DNA from: Eledone cirrhosa
Lineage: Eukaryota
Length of the DNA stretch: 64,000 nucleotides
Direction: 5' to 3'
Assembly (NCBI GenBank): GCA_964016885.1
Contig: OZ024740.1
Coordinates: 5,642,001 to 5,706,000, forward strand
Shown here: in pieces, positions 42,232 through 51,045 of the stretch
Layout of the letters: each line of letters opens with the position of its first letter
Position numbering within the stretch: the stretch's first letter is position 1
The notes under the pieces: generated by a model
What the model saw: the letters and a program-made list of their open reading frames with translations, nothing else
The model's database searches: none
What the model was told of the DNA's origin: nothing
Position numbers and translations under genes: made by a program

Positions 42232-42523
42232 CTCACATTGCTCCAGTTTACTCAGCTGTAGAAATGAGTTGATAGGGGCTGGGGTCTCTATCATTCCACT
42301 GAAAAGTGGTCGTGGAGGTGCCACGGCAAAAAAGCACCCAGCACTGACTGTAAATGAGGTTGGTGTTAGGAAGGGCATCCAGCTGTAGAAATCAAGCCAG
42401 AATCAGTTCCCGTATGAGCAAGACAAGATCAGCCAACAGGACACTGCCCACAACAGGACAACCAGTCTAAACCATGCTAGCATGGAAGAACGGACGTAAA
42501 ACGGTGATGATGATGATGATGAT
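42232..42523 (+). mobile_element. SINE-like element, 5'-truncated or chimeric, with RTE-type middle motif and (GAT)n tail
   Basis: GGTGCCAC..AAAAAAGCACCCAG..GGTTGGTGTTAGGAAGGGCATCCAGCTGTAGAAA resembles the RTE 5'-derived body of RTE-dependent SINEs; ends GCATGGAAGAACGGACGTAAAACG-(GAT)n. Family assignment is from recall, not a search. Confidence 0.65.
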
Positions 42524-42918
42524 CCCTCCTTTCTGAAACAGTTTCGTCGTATGTTCATCAATTGATGCAGAAGTCCTAATAAAAATGAAGTCGACTTGAG
42601 TGAATAGGCAAATAATTTTCTATTAAGATTTTTCAAAAGCATGTAATTGCGTTCCCTCTCATTTTGTTGTTGTTTTTGCTGCTGTTGGTGTGATAGCAGC
42701 CGTTGGTCGTACTACTAACACAGTCTCCTTCTTCAGCCAATCGTGTATATCCCTTTCTGTCTCGTCAGCAATGAGAACAATATTTGCTCTAGGGTTCTTA
42801 TATATTTGATATATATTTATCCTTATCGAGCCTCGTGAAATAAATACATTTGTTTATATTTTGTTACTGTGTATGCAAAAATATCTGTACACGAATATAT
42901 AATTATATATATATATAT

Positions 42919-43626
42919 ATATTGTTATACTTGGGGAGGGTCATATTTGTGTAATAATATTGCCAGAATTAATAACAGAACACACTCACTGTTTGGTTGG
43001 TTTTCGCTTCTGTGTCTTTTATATCGGTTAATTTAATTTATTCGGTCTTCAATGTTACCATTGACTGACCAACGGTCAAAAATACAGATACAATATAGAC
43101 ACAAACACATATATATAGTCTAACAAAGTTCTTTCGTTTCACATCTGCAAAATAAATAAATAAATATATACACAAGCACAATAACAACAAACACATATAA
43201 ACACACACTAGTAAACTAAGATAAAATACAATAGCCAATACACAGTCACCCAAACACGAACACACATCAAACAAAACACTATACACACACGCAAATGCAT
43301 GCGCAGAGAAGACAAAAAAAAAAAAAACAGACTAAATAAAGATGGCGTAGGCATACAATACAACGGGAGGAAACATAATAGCACCACTGACGATGTTGCA
43401 GATGTGCAACGAAAGAACTTTGTTAGACTATATATATGTGTTTGTGTCTATATTGTATCTGTATTTTTGACCGTTGGTCAGTCATTGGTAACATTGAGGA
43501 CCGAATAAATTAAATTAACCGATATAAAAGACACAGAAGCGAAAACCAACCAAACAGTGAGTGTGTTCTGTTATTAATTCTGGCAATATTATTACACAAA
43601 TATGACCCTCCCAAGTATAACAATAT
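42919..43626. repeat. Long inverted repeat: ~230-bp arms (42919-43150 and 43394-43626) around a ~240-bp spacer; fold-back/MITE-like or two inverted solo LTRs
   Basis: Left arm TGTTATACTTGGGGAGGGTCATA...CACATCTGCAA is the reverse complement of right arm TTGCAGATGTG...TATGACCCTCCCAAGTATAACA with few differences; the same peptide (RKNFVRLYICVCVYIVSVFLTVGQS) appears on opposite strands in the ORF track. Confidence 0.92.
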
Positions 43627-43680
43627 TTGTTTCGACACACGATTTCATATCAAAAACCTCGCAAAACTAATTCATCGCCG

Positions 43681-43681
<1 letters not shown>

Positions 43682-43726
<45 letters not shown>
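43682..43726. repeat. (TA)n microsatellite
   Basis: Pure TA run of about 22 units. Confidence 0.95.
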
Positions 43727-43731
<5 letters not shown>

Positions 43732-44059
43732 TAACAGATTAAAGTTTAAGCAAAGAATCGCTGCTTTCACCCTTAACAGGATCTTCTGAAACTAAAATAA
43801 TAAATCTGAACGCAGAAGCTAAATATTTCGAAAAACGTTACACACTATATATATACACACACACTATATATACATACATATATACATATATATATACACA
43901 CACACACACACACAGATAGTGTCATAATGTCGTAATGCAGACAGCCAGACATACAGACAGATATTATAAGGGCGCGATGTTATAGCCATGTATCTATCTA
44001 AAAAGACAGACTAAGAAAGATAGAGAGATCGCTAACCGGAGCCTAATCCGGTCCCTAGG

Positions 44060-44203
44060 GTATTGAACATTTGAAATATTGTCTGCTCAAAACACTCACA
44101 CGACCATAAGTATTACATGTGTAAAGTTTGAAAAAAATCGGTTGGGTGGTTCTCGAGTTTTAGGGAGTCAGACAGACAGACATTCTCTGTTTTAGATATA
44201 TAG
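44060..44203 (+). mobile_element. Possible terminal fragment of a non-autonomous Helitron-like element
   Basis: AAGTTTGAAAAAAATCGGTTGGGTGGTTCTCGAG..(CAGA)n..TTTTAGATATATAG resembles the terminus of Lep1-like non-autonomous Helitrons; motif recall only. Confidence 0.4.
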
Positions 44204-44204
44204 T

Positions 44205-44358
44205 TTATAACCCTGTATATACTATAGTATTATACTATAACCCTGTATATACTATAGTATTATACTATAACCCCGTATATACTATAGTATTATACTATAA
44301 CCCTGTATATACTATAGTATTATACTATAACCCTGTATATACTATAGTATTATTGTAT
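44205..44358. repeat. 30-bp AT-rich palindromic minisatellite, left part
   Basis: About 5 units of AACCCTGTATATACTATAGTATTATA[C/G]TAT, interrupted by the LTR at 44359. Confidence 0.95.
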
Positions 44359-44634
44359 TGTTGTATTCCTCTCGGTACTCGCAGAGAAAACACAACGAGT
44401 TATATCAAATAATTTGTGTAATTTGCGAAACAACCAAAAGGCCCCTCCTCGCAGTAGCAGAATAACATAAAGTAAGTAAGTAATCTGTGACCGAGTTTTT
44501 AACACCAACGCTGACCGACTGCCCAGGTCACGTGACCCATATGCAAATGTGTGAGCACGTGCAAACCGAACAAAACGAATTTAAGAGTCCATACAACAAT
44601 GAGGTTGTGAGTTCGATTCCCAGTCCATACAACA
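44359..44634 (-). repeat. 3' LTR of the Mag-like element (276 bp)
   Basis: Matches 49396-49671 except one base by eye (TTAAGAGTCC vs TTAACAGTCC); 8-bp terminal inverted repeats. Confidence 0.95.
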
Positions 44635-45237
44635 CCTCCCCACCGAAATTGATGCGACAAAAGAAGCATCAACAGCAAAGTCTCTCTGGGGGTTTACGAG
44701 TTCTCTTGGACCGTCTTCGATTGTCTGGTCCATACTCTGGAACGGGCAACAAGGTCTGGTCTGTCTTGGAGTTAGTGGCACGATTTCCGAGATCTCCATC
44801 GGGTGATCTGTTGCAAATTCAAAAACAGTGTCTACTGCATCACCAGGTTCATTGTCTTCCTCAGTAGTGTACCGCGGTTGCAGCTGTTCCCAGTGTCGTC
44901 TCCACACCGGGCCATGAGGTATGACCTTAACGTTGAAGCAGCGAGTACCCAATGATTTCTTAATGATTGCTGGTACCCATCGGGGATCTTTGTCTCGGCG
45001 AGGTCCGTAGTACAGTGCATACACAGGATTTCCAGCCTTGTACTGCCTGGTAACCTTAGCGACACCTGCCGAGTCCGCAGTCATCTGAGACTTATATGCT
45101 TCCTTAGACTGCTTGCCTTGAGCGATGTGTGCTGGCGAGGGCAGCAGAGAATCAATCCTTGTCCGTATCTGCCGGTGATTCAAAAGTTCACTCGGAGAGA
45201 ATCCACTGGATGTCGGTGTTCTCCGGTACTGCATCAA
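44581..45237 (-). pseudogene. Integrase C-terminal portion, frameshifted from the main pol ORF
   Basis: QYRRTP..SPSELL..RQIRTRIDSL and W(V)PAII..G..WRRHWEQL are typical of Mag-like integrase tails; different frame from 45234-47834 and reads abnormally into the LTR. Confidence 0.8.
44635..44644 (-). promoter_or_regulatory. Polypurine tract (GGTGGGGAGG)
   Basis: Purine-rich run on the minus strand directly abutting the 3' LTR. Confidence 0.75.
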
Positions 45238-47834
45238 GAACTCTTGAAGTGCTCGCTTCGGCGGAGAGAAGTCTTCCTCTGAGCTTGTTTGAAGGTCTGC
45301 ACCAAACGTTCCGCTGCTCCGTTAGTAGCTGGGTGGTAAGGTGCCCCTGTCAGGTGCGTGATCCCACGTTCTTTGCACCAGCTCTGGAACTCCTCAGAAA
45401 TAAAAGTTGGTGCGTTATCGGTGACTAGCGTGTGAGGAAATCCGAAGTGCGCAAAGTCTTCTTCAAGCAGATCTAAAGTGGCTCTGGAGGACGTGGATGA
45501 CGTAGGATGAATGCATGGATACTTGGAATAAGCATCCGTGATCACCAACCAATTACTGCCCATGAAATTTATTGCGTGATCCAGGTGTAAGCGGCTCCAC
45601 GGCTTTTCAGGTAACATCCATGGGTGAACTGGAGACTTGGATGGCTGGTTTTGATGTTCACCACACAGATCACATTGTCGACTGGTTTTCTCTATAGCAG
45701 CATCGATACCAGGCCAATAAACAGCAGTTCTTGCCAATTGTTTCATGCGCTCCATGCCAAAGTGTCCGAGATGCAGAAAATTGAGGATCTTTGGCTGTAA
45801 GCTATGTGGAATCACGACTCTCGATCCATGGATAAGGCATCCGTGGCAGATACTGAGTGAATCCGATAACTTCCGGAACTTATTGACTTCGTCATTGATC
45901 TCAGTATTCTTTGGTGGCCAGCCTTCACGGACGTAGCGTATCACTGTAGATATCACTGGATCTTTCCCTGACTCTTGACGGAGGACGTTAGAATCGATAG
46001 GTTGGACTTGAAGACTGAGAGCTTTGATGGCGCACACCATGTCCATGTCTTCACTATTTTCCTTCCTGTCAAAGTCGATGTCATTACCAAATGGCAAGCG
46101 ACTGAGGGCATCTGCATTGCCATGATCCGCTGTTTTCCGATATTCGATGGTGTAGTCAAACTGGTTCAGCCACAGGGCCCACCGTGCTAGTCGGTTAGCA
46201 GCGAGAAGTGGCGTCCCTTTCCTCGGACTGAACAGTGATGTCAGTGGCTTGTGGTCAGTTACGAGTATAAACTGATGTCCGTACAGATACTGATAGAACT
46301 TCTGCAAGCCAAATATGATCGCCAGGGCTTCCTTTTGAATTTGGCCGTAGTTACGCTGTGCAGAAGTAAGAGTCTTGGACACATTGGATATTGGGCGCTC
46401 GCTTCCATCAGGATAGCGATGAAACAGGACTGCTCCAATACCAACGTTTGACGCGTCGCAAGCCAGTCCCAAAGTTTTGTTTGGATCGAAGTGTATCAGA
46501 ACTCGATCCGATGAAAGCACATTTTTCAACTGATCGAAAGCTGACTGTTCTTCATCTCCCCACTTCCAAGTAGTCGTTTTTTTCGTAAGGAAATAGAGTG
46601 GCTCTGCCATGCTGGCCAGGTTTGGGATAAACTTTCCATAGAACTGAACTGAACCCAGGAAAGACTTCAAGCTTGAGACGTTCGTTGGAGGTGGCATGTT
46701 TAAAACTGCTTCGACCTTGGATCCCTTCGCAATCCCTTCAGCCGACAAGGTGTGTCCAAGGTATTCCACACTGGGTAGTGAAAACTGGCACTTGTCACGG
46801 CGACATCTGAGTCCTTTGTCGCACAGACGTGTGAGCAGACACTTTAGGTTGTTCAGGTGATCGTTTGCATCTTTCCCACTGACGAGCATGTCGTCCTGGA
46901 AGACGGCCGCACCAGGTAGATCTTGAGTCAGGTTTTCCATGATCTCCTGAAAGTAACCAGGTGCTGACTTGATTCCGAAAGAAAGTCGTTCCTGCAGGAG
47001 CACCACACGGTGAGTGCTGAGTGCAAGCCTGCGTTGACTTTCTGGAGCCAGCTTGATCTGATTATAGGCATCAGCAAGATCAATCTTTGTGTATCCGAAT
47101 CCACCTCCGAGCTTCTGCATCAGTTCCTCTGGGAGTAGCATTAGATGACGATGATCTGCAAGTTGGTCATTAATTCCCACAGAGTAGTCACCACAAATCC
47201 GTAGTTTGGGTTTCAGGTTGCCTGAAGTATGTGCTTTACGAATCGGTACCACTGGCGTTCCGTATTCGTTGAACTGTATTGGCTTCCAGATTCCTTTGGC
47301 GATGCCTTCTTCGTAACGTTTGGCCAGGTCATCACGAAGAGCAAACGGGACCAGGCGTGCCTTGTGAAAGACCGGTGTCACGTCCGACTTGAACTTCACT
47401 TCCAGTTCGAAGTCATTAAGACATCCTAATTCTTGCTTGAAGAGATCTGGGAATTCATCACACATGTTGTGACAATCTCGTTGCATGGAAATATAGGGCT
47501 CATTTGAGGTCTTTGGATGCATCACTTCTGCACCCTCACTCTTGGCCTGGCTGTCTATGCTTTTCAATCCTAGAGCATTGTCCACGGAAATTCCCAGAGT
47601 CTGGATAGCGTTTCGTCCCAGCAAATTAAGATCATGGATCTTGGTGACGATGTAAGGTATTGAATTCCGTTTACCGGTCGTTGGATCCTTGGTTTGGCCC
47701 ATGAAAGTTCCCAGAACGGGCAGGTCGTGCTTGCTGGCAGATTCAAACCGATGTTTGACATCTTGCAGCTTCGGTTTTCCTAATTGTTTCCAAACCGACA
47801 AGGAAACAAAATTGCCTGTAGTAGCTGTGTCCAT
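45234..47834 (-). pseudogene. pol: pol polyprotein (aspartic protease, reverse transcriptase, RNase H, integrase) of the Mag-like element
   Basis: 866-aa ORF: protease DTA..LLGRN; RT RICGDY, KIDLADAYNQ, FGIKSAP, FQDD, YLGH; RNase H CDAS, KEALAI, TDHKPL, ADALSR; integrase HLGH..CDLC, LHLDH, TDNA, NGAAER. Frameshifts at both ends. Confidence 0.92.
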
Positions 47835-48922
47835 TCCATTGTGAAAAGTCTGTTCTGGATTGTTATTGGCACATTCAAACTATGAGTATCGTGGGGAACT
47901 TCACCAAAGATCGCCTTGACTAGCTCAGCTTTCGTGATTATTTTCACGTAATTCTGTGAGCGATGATTACGTTGCTGATGTTGTTTCTTTCTACACACCG
48001 CTTGCAAATGTCCCTTTTTGTCACAAAAATGACATTTGGCTTCTTTGAAGGGGCAGTCTGTCGCTTTGTGGGCCTTTCCACATCGGTAGCACATCTCCTG
48101 GTCTGTGGAATAAGACTGCTGATAGTTCTTTCGAGGACCCTTGTTCTTGTTCTGCTGGACCTTGTAGACTTGCTTGGTTTTGGAACCATAAACAGTTTCC
48201 TTGGCAACCTTTGCTGCGTCTTCGGTCCCGATGGCAACTTGGACAGCACGGGCGAAATCTAGTTCTGTATCCTTGATCTTGAAAATAGCCTTCAACACAG
48301 CTTCATTATTGACAGAACATATAAATCTCTGTCTTAGAGCTTCATCTTGTGGATTTGTGATCGAAGGAAAATCACAGGTAGCTGCATCCTGACGTATACG
48401 TGCTGCCAGCTCCTGGAGAGTTTCGCCTGGCTTCCGTTGCATGTCACTCCAGAACTTGAAACGTTCTCTCACAATGAAAAGTTTTGGGTCGAACTGTTCT
48501 TTCATGAAGTCAACAATTTCGTCCATTGTCAACTTGTTGATATCCTTAGGCGGATTTTGTTGAGCAGCCAGATTTGCAAGTTGTTTGTAGATAGCAGCCG
48601 TCTGATTAGTCAGGAACACTTGTGCCATGCGTTGCTCGGGTACAGCGTTAGCAGCCACAAACGTGCAGAATCTTGACCAGTAATCAGGCCATAGTTCTGT
48701 TGTTGAATCAAAAGCAGAAAATGGTGGGATGAATACTGTTGGTGTCGAAGCAACTGGCGACGCCAATAAACTCTGTTGTTCAGAATCTCGAGCACCAAAC
48801 AGTTTTATCAGAGTGTCTATATCTTTCTTGTGTTGTTGCATTTGTTGTTCCTGTTGTTGCATTTATTGTTCCATCTGTTCTCTAAACAACTTTATTAGCT
48901 CCGCTGTTTGTTGTTCCGCCAT
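47835..48922 (-). pseudogene. gag: gag of the Mag-like element
   Basis: ATG at 48922 (MAEQQTAELIK..), premature TAA at 48863-48865, ERFKF..QRKPGET..AATCDF..LRQRFICSV, tandem knuckles CYRCGKAHKATDC and CHFCDKKGHLQAVC; 1-bp frameshift just before the protease catalytic Asp (~47835). Confidence 0.88.
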
Positions 48923-48987
48923 GTTTTTGTGATAAACAATTTCCCGGCAATGTAGGTAAATCCTATCGGCAATGTAGGTAAATCCTA

Positions 48988-49064
48988 TCGTCGTCGCCAA
49001 TAAACTGTGTTGTATTCCTCTCGGTACTCGCAGAGAAAACATAACAAGTTATATCAAATAATTT
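48988..49064 (-). other. Internal duplicate of the LTR 3' end (57 bp, 49008-49064) followed by a second PBS-like site (TGGCGACGACGA)
   Basis: 49008-49064 matches 49396-49452 with two substitutions; downstream sequence parallels 49365-49395. Confidence 0.88.
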
Positions 49065-49364
49065 TTGTTGTGGCACCAGCACTACCACCTTACAGGGTGC
49101 ACTGGGTGTTTTTTGTTGTGGCACCAGCACTACCACCTTACAGGGTGCACTGGGTGCTTTTTGTTGTGGCACCAGCACTACCACCTTACAGGATAACTGG
49201 ATGCTTTTTGTTGTGGCACCAGCACTACCACCTTACAGGGTGACTGGGTGCTTTTTGTTGTGGCACCAGCACTACCACCTTACAGGATGACAGGATGCTT
49301 TTTGTTGTGGCACCAGCACTACCACCTTACAGGGTGACTGGGTGCTTTTTGTTGTGGCACCAGC
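49062..49364 (-). repeat. Tandem array of 47/48-bp SINE-like units in the retrotransposon leader (6 units plus a partial)
   Basis: TGGCACCAGC recurs at 49071, 49119, 49167, 49214, 49261, 49308 and 49355; minus-strand unit GCTGGTGCCACAACAAAAAGCACCCAGTGCACCCTGTAAGGTGGTAGT resembles 42317-42362. Confidence 0.92.
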
Positions 49365-49395
49365 GGTAAATCCTATCGGCGACGCCAATAAACTC
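49365..49395 (-). promoter_or_regulatory. PBS-like site next to the 5' LTR (TGGCGTCGCCGATAGG)
   Basis: TGG-initiated motif 8 nt after the LTR end; variant of the copy at 48988-48999. Primer tRNA not identified. Confidence 0.6.
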
Positions 49396-49671
49396 TGTTG
49401 TATTCCTCTCGGTACTCGCAGAGAAAACACAACGAGTTATATCAAATAATTTGTGTAATTTGCGAAACAACCAAAAGGCCCCTCCTCGCAGTAGCAGAAT
49501 AACATAAAGTAAGTAAGTAATCTGTGACCGAGTTTTTAACACCAACGCTGACCGACTGCCCAGGTCACGTGACCCATATGCAAATGTGTGAGCACGTGCA
49601 AACCGAACAAAACGAATTTAACAGTCCATACAACAATGAGGTTGTGAGTTCGATTCCCAGTCCATACAACA
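49396..49671 (-). repeat. 5' LTR of the Mag-like element (276 bp)
   Basis: Direct repeat of 44359-44634; upstream of PBS and gag on the minus strand. Confidence 0.95.
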
Positions 49672-50526
49672 AGTATAACCCTGTATATACTATAGTATTA
49701 TAGTATAACCCTGTATATACTATAGTATTATACTATAACCCTGTATATACTATAGAATTATAGTATAACCCTGTATATACTATAGTATTATAGTATAACC
49801 CTGTATATACTATATAATTATAGTATAACCCTGTATATACTATAGTATTATACTATAACCCTGTATATACTATAGTATTATACTATAACCCCGTATATAC
49901 TATAGTATTATACTATAACCCTGTATATACTATAGTATTATACTATAACCCTGTATATACTATAGTATTATAGTATAACCCTGTATATACTATAGTATTA
50001 TACTATAACCCTGTATATACTATAGTATTATACTATAACCCTGTATATACTATAGTATTATAGTATAACCCTGTATATACTATAGTATTATACTATAATC
50101 CTGTATATACTATAGTATTATAGTATAACCCTGTATATACTATAGTATTATAGTATAACCCCGTATATACTATAGTATTATACTATAACCAGTAATGCAC
50201 TGGGTATTTGCTGGCCTTGTGCCTAACGTAGAAACAAGTATTATACTATAACCCTGTATATACTATAGTATTATAGTATAACCCTGTATATACTATAGTA
50301 TTATACTATAACCCTGTATATACTATATAGTATTATACTATAACCCTGTATATACTATAGTATTATAGTATAACCCTGTATATACTATAGTATTATAGTA
50401 TAACCCTGTATATACTATAGTATTATACTATAACCCTGTATATACTATAGTATTATACTATAATCCTGTATATACTATAGTATTATAGTATAACCCTGTA
50501 TATACTATAGTATTATAGTATAACCC
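49672..50526. repeat. 30-bp AT-rich palindromic minisatellite, right part
   Basis: About 27 units in register with the left part, interrupted once at 50191-50237. Confidence 0.96.
50191..50237 (+). mobile_element. 47-bp foreign insert in the 30-bp array, resembling a SINE 3' end
   Basis: AGTAATGCACTGGGTATTTGCTGGCCTTGTGCCTAACGTAGAAACAA is unrelated to the array; TTGCTGGCCTTGTGCC..GAAAC resembles recalled cephalopod SINE tails. Confidence 0.45.
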
Positions 50527-51013
50527 GGCGCATCCGGGAACTGAGCGACTCAACAGCAGAGAACAACTCTTTCGTGAAACAATTCTTCTTCTCCTATTTG
50601 CCAACAAATGTGCAGACCATATTGGCAAATATGGTTGACACCAGTTCTCTGGACCAAATTGCAGCCTCGGTGGATCGCATAATGGAATTTTCTTGTGTGA
50701 CTACTTCGGCAGATTCACTCATCGCTTCTTATACTTTTAAAACACAGCCAGCCTGCTTCACCACGTGAGGACTCTATGCTGAGGGCCATTGACCTGTTAA
50801 CTCGTCAAGTGGCTAAACTGTGTCGGGAGCGAGCACCATCCAGGTGGGGTTCACGAAATCGGTCTTCTTATCTTCATCGTCGCGCCAACATCCCCGTCTT
50901 TGTGTTGGTATCACGTGCCAACATCCTCGTCTTTGTGTTGGTATCACGTGCGTTTTTGTGAAAAGGCGAAACATTGTATTCAGCCCCGCTCTTTCGAGAC
51001 ATCGGAAAACTAA
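50527..51013 (+). pseudogene. gag: gag C-terminal half, frameshifted
   Basis: RRIREL..FVKQFF..LPTNVQTILA..LDQIA..VDRIME, then CWYHVRFCEKAKHCIQPRSFETSEN*, spread over three frames. Confidence 0.75.
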
Positions 51014-51045
51014 AATTGGAGAGTCTGGGCACGGCAGACCTCTCC
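51004..51045 (+). promoter_or_regulatory. Programmed -1 ribosomal frameshift signal
   Basis: G GAA AAC in the gag frame just before TAA, 7-nt spacer, then stem GGAGAGTCTG / CAGA(C)CTCTCC; the protease-containing frame is -1 relative to gag. Confidence 0.75.

Larger units (their letters stand above)
44359..49671 (-). mobile_element. Full-length Ty3/Gypsy LTR retrotransposon, Mag-like, coding-defective
   Basis: Two 276-bp LTRs (TGTTGTAT...ATACAACA), PBS-like TGGCG, PPT, gag with two CCHC knuckles, domain order PR-RT-RH-IN, 5-bp flanks TGTAT/AGTAT consistent with a target-site duplication. Confidence 0.95.

Noticed and set aside
41886-43508. Short ORFs rich in His/Thr/Tyr/Ile
   Set aside because: Translations of CA/TA microsatellites, the SINE and the inverted repeat.
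44596-44625. tRNA gene suggested by GTTCGATTCC
   Set aside because: Only a 23-bp fragment inside the LTR; no acceptor stem, D arm or A-box.
47780-47840. Programmed frameshift between gag and pol of the Mag-like element
   Set aside because: The break falls inside the protease active-site motif (ME[L]DTA) with no slippery heptamer; better explained as a 1-bp deletion.
44487-48932. Antisense and alternative-frame ORFs over the Gypsy element, possible env or accessory gene
   Set aside because: Short, no recognisable motifs, and no room for an extra ORF between integrase and the PPT.
49062-49364. CRISPR-like repeat-spacer array in the retrotransposon leader
   Set aside because: The variable parts are minor variants of one sequence, not unique spacers.
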